Positions 1 to 10,400 of a stretch of DNA of 64,000 nucleotides are shown here, piece by piece. The notes below the pieces were generated by a model, which was given only the letters and a program-made list of their open reading frames with translations, did no database searches and had not been told where the DNA came from. The position numbers were made by a program, and so were the translations under genes. Where the stretch lies: IMG/VR virus record IMGVR_UViG_3300035696_000002. One strand, given 5' to 3'. This DNA is from a virus. Its lineage: Duplodnaviria > Heunggongvirae > Uroviricota > Caudoviricetes. Within the stretch, counting starts at the first letter, position 1, and each line of letters starts with the position of its first letter.

Positions 1-1
1 C

Positions 2-481
2 GCCCTTCTCTTCACCCATTTCAAGCTCGTGCTTGCCTTCATCGGTGAATGCCTGTTCGGTCGGAGTCGCACCCAGATCAATACCGAGTGCTTCGGCGGC
101 GATTTCCATGGCGGCTGCCTGTTCGTCGAGAGCCTTGTAGGCTTCCTGAAGGGCTGTTTCCAGCATATCAGGCTGCTCTTCGGCGAGCTTCTTCAGGCCA
201 ACGCCGTAGTTCTTGGCAGCGGCAATACGGACGGCTGAGGACGCACCCTTGGGGGCACGAACGAGGTCACAGTGATCCATCAGATTCTCGAAGCCATAAG
301 CCATCTTGTTCGCCGTCACGGCGATAGAACGGAACAGCTTTTCCAGCTTCTCCGGGGCCTTCTGGGCGGTCTGCTGCATCTTGGCATACTTGGAGACCTT
401 CTCGGTCTTCCGTGCCTGCCTACGGGCCGCGATGCGGGCTCGAAGGGCTTCTTGCGGGGTTTTCGTCGTTTTTGCTGCCAT
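2..481 (-). CDS. N-terminal part of a charged, helical head-associated protein (runs off the window)
   Basis: Hand translation from ATG 481 (MAAKTTKTPQEALRARIAARRQARK...) is open to the window edge; GAGGA RBS; late-promoter motif at 491-513. Not in the ORF track. Confidence 0.75.
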   Translation of the reverse strand, partial: MAAKTTKTPQEALRARIAARRQARKTEKVSKYAKMQQTAQKAPEKLEKLFRSIAVTANKMAYGFENLMDHCDLVRAPKGASSAVRIAAAKNYGVGLKKLAEEQPDMLETALQEAYKALDEQAAAMEIAAEALGIDLGATPTEQAFTDEGKHELEMGEEKG

Positions 482-490
482 TTTCCTCAC

Positions 491-513
491 CTCAACTAAA
501 GGATTTGATAGTT
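491..513 (-). promoter_or_regulatory. putative late promoter motif
   Basis: AACTATCAAATCCTTTAGTTGAG matches the motif seen upstream of about 11 virion genes. Confidence 0.55.
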
Positions 514-3500
514 ACTCGGTTTGTGGGGCGTCAACTTGGGACGACCCCTGATTCGGAAGGTGAGGCGGGGTAGTGAAAACCCCAAAATAAATCTCATCTT
601 CATGGTACTGCTGGTGGTACTTATCGTACTGAGCTTCGGCTTCTTCCCGTGTATCGAACACGTTGAACCAAACCTCAACGCCCTCATCCATCAACACGAA
701 CCACTTACCGCTTACATTCGTCGGTTTGTGGTGTGTGATCTCGGCCCCAGTCTTAGACGGCACCGGAGTCGATTCAACCGCACTGCCGATCATAGCTTCC
801 ATCTCATCAGGAGGAATCGGCGTGCCGCCAGTATCTTCGATCCACAGATTGACCATGCCCAACAGGCCACGGCAAACAGCGTTCATGTCTTCCATGTCCA
901 CGCCCGGCTCCGGGAAGGCACCAAAAACCGCCTTACCCTTCGCTGAACTGAACTTGAAATATGGCCCAAGGCCCTCAGCTTCGTTTTGGCTGTTCATTCC
1001 CTCGACGAGGTAGTTGATCGCAAGACGCAATTCCTGCTTGGCCCCCTCCGCTGCTCCGGGGAGTACCGTGTCGAGAATCGTATAGGCGTTGAGCAACTGA
1101 CCGAGGACTTCACTCTGGGCAGTCTTCTGCGAAGACGTGTGCCCCTGATCGCTCAGGAACCCATCGGTCTGCTCTTCCTCACTGATGTCAGGAAGTTTTT
1201 GATCCGGGTGATATCCGTAGAAATCCATCCATTCACGGATGTGGGGCTCTTCCCCACGGCCATCACGAATAGCCTCATCAACCATGTCCTGCATGTAGAC
1301 GTTGCCGTCCGTGGTCAGAGGATTTTCAAGGAACACACCGCACTTATCACAGTGCTGCGGGCCGTCTGCGGCACCGCCGCCGTTCGGGTATGGGCCTTTC
1401 GGGTAATCGTCCGAGTCGAACGTGTGCTCATCAGCCGGATTCGCCGGAGGCTGCAACTGCTTCATGGTCTCACGGGCACATTCGTCGCAGACGAGGGCTG
1501 CCTGATAGATGTATGCCTGCTTGCTCGCGACCTTCGCGACTTCTAGTCCGCCCAAACTTGCCATATAGAACCTCTGATTCGGTAACTCCGGTGGGATGTG
1601 CTTCCTCTCTGGCTGCTTCGGAGGCTCGCCAGCCCCGGAGCCACTTTCCGGGTCTTGCTGATTCAGCAAAATGGAAGTCATCGGCCCCTGTTGCTGCTGT
1701 TGCTGGGCATTTTCTTGCGGAACCGCAGCACCGCCAGCGGGGGCACCGACACCAGATTGGGCGGCTTCCTTCGAGGCTGTTGACGACAACTGATTGTTCT
1801 CCACCTGACTGAAATCCTGACTGTACGGATTCACCGGGTCTTGTGCCTGCGTGTCCGACACCTCGCGATCACTTACTTCGTTGCTCGGATTCCGAGGTGC
1901 AACGTAAGGAGCATTCGGCGAATGTGGGCCGGGCTCGGTCAGATCACTGCCTACACGCACACGTCCAGTCGTATCCGAGTGCATTTCGCGACCCGTATCA
2001 CCCGGCATAGTCTGCGGACGAATGGCGTTGTAGAAATCGTGGCCGAGGTCGCCCTCTTTCAACATGCCGCCCTCAACTTCCTTCCTGTACGCATCCCATT
2101 TCTGATCTTCAGGAACGCCCGGCAGATGTTCTCCGCCGTCCTTGCACGGACGCAGGTTGCACGTTACGCATTCAAGGCAACGCGGGCAGTACAGATGCGT
2201 GCGGTTGGCAATCTCCCAGTCCTCTTCTGCATGCTGAGGCTCTTCAGAGACATCGTCCAAGCCTTCCCAATAGCCTTCGGGCCGCTGCAACTTCAGCCGT
2301 TCAGCTTTTTCTTCAGGACTCTCGTCCGCTTTCTTGGGATAAAGCTTCTCCAACGTCTCGTCGAAATTCTTACTGTAGACCGGGCATTCCATCTTGTGGT
2401 GCCCCGTAACAGAACCGCAGCACGGCAATGCCGGGCCAAGGGAAGTAGCCCGCTTGTCCGAGGTCATTTTAACCTGCCGTTGTGGGTTGTCATCCTGATC
2501 TTGCTGTACCTGTTGCTGACCTTGAGGCGTATTGACTTGCTGCGGGCCTTGCTGATCGACTTGCGGAGCTTGCTGATCGGCGGGGACTGCATCAACTTCG
2601 TCAGTGATGGTCATCTGGTTTTGGGTTGGCGTTTGAGATACCGTTTCGCCCTTACCGGAGAGCAGATTCATCGCTGAAATTCCAGTTGTGACCGCAACGG
2701 AGAGCACAAGCTGCTGGGCAGCGAGTTTCCAGAACGCTCTGAAGCGGTCTGTGCCCTGTTGCTGGGCGTAGCTATCCAATGTCGCAAGGGAAGTAACGCC
2801 CTTCTTCTCCAAAATGGATTCAGCTTTCTGAACGAGCGAGGAGCCGTCGCCAAAATATTCCTGCCACTTATTGCCCAGCCACTTGCCAAGCATCAACACA
2901 ACCCACGACCCAAGGAGGGTTGCAAGCTGCGGATCGAATGCGGCTTTCTTCGGGTGCCGTGATTCAAGCTTCTTGCGTACCGCTTCGCGATCTTCTGATT
3001 CCTCACGCACACCATTGACGTATGCGTAGTACACGGTCTTACCGTCACGCATGAGTTCGCCAATTTCTTCTCGGCGATCATCTGCATACGCCTGCTTGTC
3101 CATGGCGAATAGGTGGTTAATCGAGGCAGCGTGCTGGCCTTTCCACAACGGGAAAGCATGTTGCGGACGCTTCAAACGCCCGTCATTCGTGAAATTGAAT
3201 GCGTAGTTACGAATCCACTCGTCGTCCACGATCATCGGAATGACTGGGTGATTGTGCCCTTCCGCTGCGGCGTCAGCCACGAACGGATTGTTGATGTCAC
3301 AATTCGGGCATTCTTTCCATGTCTCAGCCCGGTGCGGGTTGTCCTTTGTCCACCGACGCGGGAAAGCATCCAATACCTGCTCACGCATCTCTGGTGTGAG
3401 TTCATCACCACGAATAAGGCGAGCGGTCTTCGTACTGCCATTCTTCACGCCTGAGTCCATATCCTGATACGCAGAGAGGTAGGCGTCAAGTGAGGCTGTA

Positions 3501-5788
3501 GAACGGCTCAGATCGTTGCTTCTTGCTTTACCATCAATCAGCGGTGCCCAGAACTCATTCATACCGTGAGTCACGATGATGATCTGAACATCGTTGTACG
3601 GATTTCTCCAAACTTCATCACCACTCGGAGTCGGCTGAGCAGGGTGATACCCATTTTCACCAAGAACCAAACGCCACTCATCAGCGAGAGGCTTGGATGC
3701 CGCCTCTTTTTCCGGCAGATCGGCGAGCATAAGCTCTTCGTGGGTCTTCAAGTTGAAGATCGCAATCTGGTCGTGTTCTTTACCGAGAGCGATGGCGGTG
3801 TCGCGGTCGGCAATTGTCTGAACCACATCGAAGTATGTCTGCCCGGAGTTGGCCCACGTACCGATGCTGCTGGTGGGATCATTCATGGCCGTCTGCACAC
3901 CCTGCGACTCAACGTACTGCTTGACCTGTGCCGGAGCGATCTGTGCCCCATTCTCAATTACCTGAAGGTCTTTGCGAATGCTGACAGACCACATGTCGGT
4001 ACCGTCAAGGTTTCCCATCTTCGGATGGAACGTGGAGCCGCCGTGCTGGTTGTGATACTGGGCAATCTGGGAGTAAAAATCATCCGCCGTCGCAGCGACT
4101 TTCTCCGAAGACAGAATGCGGATGTCCTTGGCAGGCAGATTCGCTTGCGTTGCTTCCAGACACGACTGGCAGTAACGGGTTTTGGTACCGAAAATCTCCA
4201 ACAGGTGGGCGGCAGGATTCATGCAACCACCAGCCTTGTGGCCCAGCGGGCACTTCTCCCACTCACAGGAGCACTGGCCAAGGTTCTGCGGGACACGGTT
4301 TCGATTGAACCACTCGCCGGGCTGCCAATCACGTGTAGCGGGATTCGGATCAGGATCAGCGGCAGTCTTTTCGTCTTCAGTGTGGATCACCATCACGGGC
4401 TCCCACTTCTGATAGTCCTCTTCGTCCTGATTCAAGGCAACATTGCTGCCCTGATTGTGTTCACGGAATTTCTCTGCGTCTTCAGGGGAGAAGAATGCTT
4501 CCTTCGAAGCTCCGTGTTGCTCACGATAAATCTGATCTTCAGTCTTGCGAACGAGGCCCAACTGTTCGGGAGATTTCGGCTTACCACGCTGTGGCATTTT
4601 CGAAATGAGATCGCCCGCTGGTGTGGCTTCTTTTTCAGCAGCAGACAGCGTAATCGGGGCAACCGTTTCCTTGTTAGCCTCGGCAACATCTCCGTCGATA
4701 CCCTCAGCCAAGTGCAGCGAAGACGCACGGGCAGGCACACCCTTCGGCTTGGTCTCGGTCATGTTGCGGACAAGATTGATGAACACGTTGGAATCTTCGT
4801 AGTAGTCGCCGCGTTCACGGACGAACGATGAGATCAGCCCGGCCAAATCGCCGAGATAAGCCTTCAAACTGCCGAGGCTCAGCCCCGTCTCTTTTTCCCA
4901 CTGGGGCAGCATCTCATTCCGCTTGGGCTTAGTACCATGGCTCATGACACTTTCCCAGATCATATCAAACAGGAAGAGATACTGCCCTGCGGTGGTGTAG
5001 GCCTGCTCGTTCTGGCCGTACTTCTTGACTAACCACTTGCCAAAATCTTCTTTGAACTTTTCAACATCGAGATCAGCTTCAACATCCCCAGCCCGGCTCG
5101 GTGTCGCGTACTGCTCGGTCTCAAGAATATTGGTTTCTTCACCTTCGTCAGTGCCCTCATCCTGCATGGACACTTCCTGCTCGGGCTGCATCTTGTTGAT
5201 GTACTCTTGGAAGTCGCCGCGATCACGCATCCAGATGAACGTCTGCCACAGGAAGTGGCTCACCTGACGGGCGAGCGGTTCCTTCTGGACTTTATCGGGG
5301 AATTTCTTGATAGCATTCTGGAAGTTCGCGAGGACGTTGCGGTCTTCGAGGGCCTTGAGAACGCCGAAGTGGATGGCTTCATCCTTCAAATCATCGTCGC
5401 CCTTGAGATGACGACCGATGGTCGAGGCCAGCCAGCTAGACCAATTCATCTTGTCGTCAACAGGGAGCCCGGCCTTTTGGATGTAGCTCTTGACGTAGCG
5501 GTCGAAGTCCTTGTTGTAAGCGACATGGAACCGCATCCACGCCCCGAAGTGGGCCATGGTGACGTTGATTGGGTGGAAGTCGGCGGGAGTCGGAATAGAC
5601 TCCCCCTGTAGATTGGCCAGCTTTACTTTGACCCCAGTGGGGCCGCTGACCATAGATGCGACCCGGTATTTCGTCCCGTCGAGGACGGTGACGATACGCC
5701 CCGGAACGATCAGGTGGGAGAATTTCCTAAAATCCGCCGCCTTGGGCTCAGCGAGTGCGTCGCCCAAAATGTTCGCGGCGTGCTTCAT
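512..5788 (-). CDS. 1758-aa multi-module head/ejection polyprotein with K-x-A linkers (sigma-like, SAM-lyase-like and Zn-binding modules)
   Basis: Long ORF with GGAG RBS; unrelated modules separated by KEAT, KEAF, KTAA, KVAA, KEAA, KTAR, KQAY, KKAA, KRAT, KKAD, KVAS, KTAQ. Confidence 0.8.
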   Translation of the reverse strand: MKHAANILGDALAEPKAADFRKFSHLIVPGRIVTVLDGTKYRVASMVSGPTGVKVKLANLQGESIPTPADFHPINVTMAHFGAWMRFHVAYNKDFDRYVKSYIQKAGLPVDDKMNWSSWLASTIGRHLKGDDDLKDEAIHFGVLKALEDRNVLANFQNAIKKFPDKVQKEPLARQVSHFLWQTFIWMRDRGDFQEYINKMQPEQEVSMQDEGTDEGEETNILETEQYATPSRAGDVEADLDVEKFKEDFGKWLVKKYGQNEQAYTTAGQYLFLFDMIWESVMSHGTKPKRNEMLPQWEKETGLSLGSLKAYLGDLAGLISSFVRERGDYYEDSNVFINLVRNMTETKPKGVPARASSLHLAEGIDGDVAEANKETVAPITLSAAEKEATPAGDLISKMPQRGKPKSPEQLGLVRKTEDQIYREQHGASKEAFFSPEDAEKFREHNQGSNVALNQDEEDYQKWEPVMVIHTEDEKTAADPDPNPATRDWQPGEWFNRNRVPQNLGQCSCEWEKCPLGHKAGGCMNPAAHLLEIFGTKTRYCQSCLEATQANLPAKDIRILSSEKVAATADDFYSQIAQYHNQHGGSTFHPKMGNLDGTDMWSVSIRKDLQVIENGAQIAPAQVKQYVESQGVQTAMNDPTSSIGTWANSGQTYFDVVQTIADRDTAIALGKEHDQIAIFNLKTHEELMLADLPEKEAASKPLADEWRLVLGENGYHPAQPTPSGDEVWRNPYNDVQIIIVTHGMNEFWAPLIDGKARSNDLSRSTASLDAYLSAYQDMDSGVKNGSTKTARLIRGDELTPEMREQVLDAFPRRWTKDNPHRAETWKECPNCDINNPFVADAAAEGHNHPVIPMIVDDEWIRNYAFNFTNDGRLKRPQHAFPLWKGQHAASINHLFAMDKQAYADDRREEIGELMRDGKTVYYAYVNGVREESEDREAVRKKLESRHPKKAAFDPQLATLLGSWVVLMLGKWLGNKWQEYFGDGSSLVQKAESILEKKGVTSLATLDSYAQQQGTDRFRAFWKLAAQQLVLSVAVTTGISAMNLLSGKGETVSQTPTQNQMTITDEVDAVPADQQAPQVDQQGPQQVNTPQGQQQVQQDQDDNPQRQVKMTSDKRATSLGPALPCCGSVTGHHKMECPVYSKNFDETLEKLYPKKADESPEEKAERLKLQRPEGYWEGLDDVSEEPQHAEEDWEIANRTHLYCPRCLECVTCNLRPCKDGGEHLPGVPEDQKWDAYRKEVEGGMLKEGDLGHDFYNAIRPQTMPGDTGREMHSDTTGRVRVGSDLTEPGPHSPNAPYVAPRNPSNEVSDREVSDTQAQDPVNPYSQDFSQVENNQLSSTASKEAAQSGVGAPAGGAAVPQENAQQQQQQGPMTSILLNQQDPESGSGAGEPPKQPERKHIPPELPNQRFYMASLGGLEVAKVASKQAYIYQAALVCDECARETMKQLQPPANPADEHTFDSDDYPKGPYPNGGGAADGPQHCDKCGVFLENPLTTDGNVYMQDMVDEAIRDGRGEEPHIREWMDFYGYHPDQKLPDISEEEQTDGFLSDQGHTSSQKTAQSEVLGQLLNAYTILDTVLPGAAEGAKQELRLAINYLVEGMNSQNEAEGLGPYFKFSSAKGKAVFGAFPEPGVDMEDMNAVCRGLLGMVNLWIEDTGGTPIPPDEMEAMIGSAVESTPVPSKTGAEITHHKPTNVSGKWFVLMDEGVEVWFNVFDTREEAEAQYDKYHQQYHEDEIYFGVFTTPPHLPNQGSSQVDAPQTE

Positions 5789-5797
5789 CGGTCTCCC

Positions 5798-6037
5798 TTA
5801 GTCGGTGATCGGGTCGTTCGGGTTTCCGCCAGACTTTTCGTCTTCGGCCAGAGCGGACTTCAGGGTCTCAAGATACTTGTCGTGATCTTCGAAAGCCTGC
5901 GGATCGTGGGAAATGCCGCCCACTTCTTCCTTGCCGTCCTTGCCTTCAGCAGCAACCTTGCCGCCGAGACGGGAAATTTCACCCGCGTACAGCGAGTTCA
6001 TTGCGTCGTTGTCAACTTGTGCGATCTTCTTAGCCAT
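5798..6037 (-). CDS. small acidic virion-associated protein
   Basis: AGGAG RBS, late motif upstream, KIA and KVAA motifs. Confidence 0.7.
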   Translation of the reverse strand: MAKKIAQVDNDAMNSLYAGEISRLGGKVAAEGKDGKEEVGGISHDPQAFEDHDKYLETLKSALAEDEKSGGNPNDPITD

Positions 6038-6075
6038 GGTACGTTTCTCCTGATGGATGCCGGAGAAAGGGCATC

Positions 6076-6096
6076 CTAGAAATGGGTCGGATAGTC
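6076..6096 (-). promoter_or_regulatory. putative late promoter motif
   Basis: GACTATCCGACCCATTTCTAG; nearly identical to the + strand copy at 57966-57986. Confidence 0.65.
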
Positions 6097-6119
6097 TGGG
6101 TTTTCTTTAGCTTGCCGTG

Positions 6120-6845
6120 TTACGTCACCGTGATCGTGACCGCCGAAGACGGAGCGAGCAGCACTTGCCCCGGCCCGTAGGTCGTTAAGGTCAGGGTAAT
6201 CGTGGCTGAAAACCCGTTGCCCACCACGTAAACCCCTGAGCCTGTTGTAGATATGAACCCCGTGTCAAAACCAGAAATGCTGCCGGGCGGAGGCGGCGAT
6301 TGGTAATCCACGTGATTGTTTCCTTGAATGCGAACGAAGGCCACGTTGAGGGTGTCCCAGAGGAGGATCACCGACGCAAACGGGGCCACAGTGAGCGGTA
6401 CAGCCGTCAGAGAGGCCTGTGGCGGCAGGCTGGCGTCGCCGGACGAGGTGTAGCTCGCTATCAGGGCGAAGCCCGGCAAGATTCCGCCGCTGGCGGGCAC
6501 CGTGAGAACCTGTTGAGTGAAACCGGGCGGGTAGTTCTGACTGGTCGCGAAGTTGGCATCTCCGCTATAGATCGCAACCATGGTATGAATCCCCGCCGTC
6601 AAGGAGGAGATTTGGAGTTGAGCCTGCCCGGTGAACCCGGTCAGCCCCACGAGAGGAACCGTGCCGATCAGAACCCCGGTGCCGCCGTCGCTCGGCGGGA
6701 CGCCGTCCCAGAACTCGACCGTGCCAGTCGGCCCGCCCGGAAACGAAGACACCCCGGTAACTGTCGCCGTGAAAACGACATTGTCCTCGAAATTCGAGGG
6801 GGCTTCGCTGCTGGTGAACATCAACGATGTGACGATAAGAGGCAT
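6120..6845 (-). CDS. Ig-like (Big_3-type) domain virion protein
   Basis: VVFTATVTG..PTGTVEFWDG..LTAGIHTMVAIYSGDANFATS is a typical bacterial Ig-like repeat. Confidence 0.75.
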   Translation of the reverse strand: MPLIVTSLMFTSSEAPSNFEDNVVFTATVTGVSSFPGGPTGTVEFWDGVPPSDGGTGVLIGTVPLVGLTGFTGQAQLQISSLTAGIHTMVAIYSGDANFATSQNYPPGFTQQVLTVPASGGILPGFALIASYTSSGDASLPPQASLTAVPLTVAPFASVILLWDTLNVAFVRIQGNNHVDYQSPPPPGSISGFDTGFISTTGSGVYVVGNGFSATITLTLTTYGPGQVLLAPSSAVTITVT

Positions 6846-6863
6846 TGTCTGTTAATACCGCCT

Positions 6864-7469
6864 TTAGCTCACGCTTGGAACTCTGACCACATAAAATCCG
6901 GTGCCAGACGATCCGTTTGAAACCAGAATTTTCTGACAATGCACGGTCAGCCTGTCGGTATCCTGCGGGTGCATAGCGATGCGGGGCCGCGTCACAAAAT
7001 GTGTCGGGTCGGTCGCATTTGTGTAAATCGTCTCGCTCGCACGAATCGAAGTGAATCCCGGATCATTGGCGACATACAGAGTATGAATCTGCCCGTTATC
7101 CACGACCATCGTGTAGACAGGCGGGCTACTCTGGGCCACGTAAAAAACATCAAACGTGAGGGCAGCCGTGATCCCAGTCGGAACAGCAGTCAAAGTCCCC
7201 GCCCCGAAATGGAAGTAGGGGATGTAGAAAACTTCCCCGCTCGTGTTTGCGTAGTACAGATTGATTTTGTCTGTGGCTGAGATTGCCGAGGCCCAAATTA
7301 CGTCCTGAGCAATCGCATACGCTACCAGCCCGTTGAAGTTTCGCACACGAAGCTCGCTGGTATCCGAAACGTAGAAGAAAAGCTCCTGCGAAAACAGAAC
7401 GCCGTGAGCTTTGGACTTGAACTCCGAAGACGGATCAATCGTGAAATATGTGTCGATTGGTATGCTCAC
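6864..7469 (-). CDS. hypothetical beta-rich tail/baseplate protein
   Basis: GTG start with AGGAGG RBS, in the structural operon. Confidence 0.65.
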   Translation of the reverse strand: MSIPIDTYFTIDPSSEFKSKAHGVLFSQELFFYVSDTSELRVRNFNGLVAYAIAQDVIWASAISATDKINLYYANTSGEVFYIPYFHFGAGTLTAVPTGITAALTFDVFYVAQSSPPVYTMVVDNGQIHTLYVANDPGFTSIRASETIYTNATDPTHFVTRPRIAMHPQDTDRLTVHCQKILVSNGSSGTGFYVVRVPSVS

Positions 7470-7478
7470 GGGGCCTCC

Positions 7479-10400
7479 TTAGACTCGGCGACCCCAGTGA
7501 TACTCGATGCTGAGGTTTGTACCGCTCTGTGTGCTCAATGCACCACTCGGCCCGGCCCCTTGGAACAACAGGAAGCCGTAGAACGGGTGGGCCTTGAAGA
7601 AGCTCACGCCACTCGCGGGAGCGGGCACAGGTTCCATGCTCCACCAGCCCAACACAGCCCAATACTGGTTCGTGTTGAATGTCTGAGTGAACGGAGAGAC
7701 CGGGCCTGTCGGATACGACGGGGAGAATGCCATAGTCGAGCCGCCGTCGAGCGACAATGACATGGCGTCCACGGACATACCGATGCACTGCGGATCGAAC
7801 GAGCCTGCCGCTGGCGTAGCGACGGGTGCGGTGCTGCTTCCGAGACGAGCATTGTTGATGGTGGTCTGGGAACCGTAATCAAACAGATACACCGGGCCGA
7901 AAGCTGCGGTTGAAAACACAGTGCCGCCGCCTGCGTTGAAAGGCGTGGTGCTGTAGTTGTACCCCTGCTGCACAGTAATGCGGAGGTTCGTGATGCCCAC
8001 CTGACGGGCGAACGTGTAAGCGTAGCCCATGTGTGCACGCCAGAGCGGAGTGATTTGTGTGTAAGAGATGCCGCCGTTGGTGCTCACCTCGAACTTGTAG
8101 CCACGCGACATATTCGCGTTTATGAGGTAGTATGGTGCATCCGAAGACTGACCGCCAACCTGAGAACCGAAGTTCATGAAGCACAGGTCAGAGAAGTTAA
8201 ATGTTGACTGACGTGAGCCGCTGTAGAATTGGAGCATACCCAGAGACGGGGTGTTACCGCCGCTGGCTTGCGTAATGCTCAACTGAATCCAGCGGAAGCT
8301 GCCCGGCGTGCTCGCCGTGAAGGCAACGCCGCGTTTGAAGGCGGAGAATCCCGTTTGCGAGTCGATGGTTGTGAACGGCCCGGACGCACTGGTGTTCGAA
8401 CCTTGCAGCACCCACGTTACAGGTGCCCCGGACACAGTGTTGGACGAGTCGTAGAACAGACGGAAGCTGTATCCGCTGATGAGCGTAGCGGCACCCAGAT
8501 CAATCGTGAGCGAGCCAGTGTTGCCCGCGTTCGACTTCCAGAACCGCTGAGCACTGCCTGCGAATGCCTGCCAGTTTGGGAATCCTGCCTGATCGCCGCT
8601 CGATGTGATGTTCGGGCTGGACGCGGTGTACGGTGTGTACACGTTCGTTGTCGGATCGAAGTTGTTTGCCGTGATGACCATCTGCAACGCAGTTGCATCA
8701 TACGGGTAGTTACCAGTGTCCAGCTTCGGCCACGTGACCTGTGTGTTCCACCCGGTAAGAGGCGTTGTCAACGGTGCAGTCTGTGGCGTCGGGTTGATCG
8801 AAGTTGGAGCCGTAAATGCCACGTTGGACTGATCGGTATCCACGAAGTAGAGCCCAACTGCATTTTGCTCTGCCACAGTGCGGGCGTCAGTCTGGAGGAA
8901 CGTCTGTCCAGCAAACATTGACCACGCGAAACGTGACTTACGGGCGAACTTCGTGTTGCCCCAGCACAGATTGAATGTGAAGAATTCGCTGTTGCCGATG
9001 CTGATGTCGTTTGCCGTTCCAGTGTCGGCAGCCGGGCCGTAACCGCCGTTGTAGTACGCAACGGTCGCGGTGAACTGATTAGTTGAAGCCGAGGCCAGAG
9101 TAACCGTCAACCCATTCAAGAAGGTCGCCGTCGTGAGACCGGACAGGGTGACCTTGTCTCCGGGGTTGAAGTTGTTCGTCGTGGTCAACACGGTAAGGGT
9201 GTTGCCAGAGATCGAAACGTTCGTGATCGTCGCCTTGCTACCCTGACTCGTCCAAGTATCACTGCTATTCGGGCCGAACTGTACCTGCAACCCGTAAGGC
9301 AGCGGGACGTTTGTGTTTGCGGACGGGATGGAGATCGGGTTGTTGAAAGCATCGGCGAAATTGTCCGCCATCTTCCACATGACCTCTGCGGTACCGCTGT
9401 TCGCTGTAGGCCCGTAGTTCGGGTAAGTGAGCTTCGCTGCGAACTGTGCACCGCTCAGACCAGCCGAAAGGACGGTCACGGTCATGCCATTCAGGAACGT
9501 GGCATTCGAGACGCCAGAGAATGTCACATGATCGCCCGCACTGAATGTGTTGGTCGCCTGTACGGTGAGGACGTTCCCAGCAATCTGGATGCTGGTGATC
9601 GACGCGGAGTTACCCACCCATTTGTGGTAGGTCGGCAACCATGCAAAACTCTGAGCACACAGACCGTACAGCGAGTTCCCATTTGGCAGATTTTGCGGTG
9701 GGCTCGTGAGGCCGCTGGTGATGCGGATAAAGTGCATGTAGTTGTCCAGCGTCATAACTGGATACGTCCAGTTCTGAGCGGCGTCGTTGCCGATGAAGCG
9801 GCTGCCGAGATCGCCTTCAGTCCAGCAATCCTTACCAAACGAATTGATGGTGACTCCTGCCATGCTGTTGAGATGCATCAACTGAAGTGTGTTCGGGGCT
9901 CCCCACGTGTACCCCGGTGCCGCCTGATAAAGCGGGGAGTCGCCGAACAGCGTGTACGTTTTGTGGACGTAGAACATGGTACGATCAGCGTTTGTCGCAA
10001 AGTCTTTTGCATGCGTGATCGACACTGGCTCATACGCCGGGTTCGAACTGTTGGTAACGAACGTGTCGCTGCCAGTCCAACCGCTGCCGCCGCCGTAGCT
10101 CCAGAGCGTGGAGGCCGGAACTGGTGTCAAGTTGGCATTGGACGTACCAAGGGTCGTTCCGCTGATGTCCAGAACCCACAAGTTGCCAGCCGTCCAGTTG
10201 CCTTGGATGAGCAGCTTGTTCGTTGCCACATCATGCATGAAAGCGTTGGGCATGTAGAACCAGAAATCCTTGAGGTTGTTGAAGCCCGTCTGTCCAGTGT
10301 TGGTGCCGTACTGGATACCCTGCGTCAAAGTGCCGCTCTGGCTAACTGGGCCATAGGTCGAGTTGTACGAAGGAATCGTCGCCGTGATCTGTGATGTTGA

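Noticed and set aside
3566-4831. Long plus-strand ORFs (also 24067-25179, 28823-30136, 33625-34680, 35246-36634, 37070-37975, 42136-43152)
   Set aside because: Antisense shadows of well-supported minus-strand genes in GC-rich DNA; no motifs or RBS.
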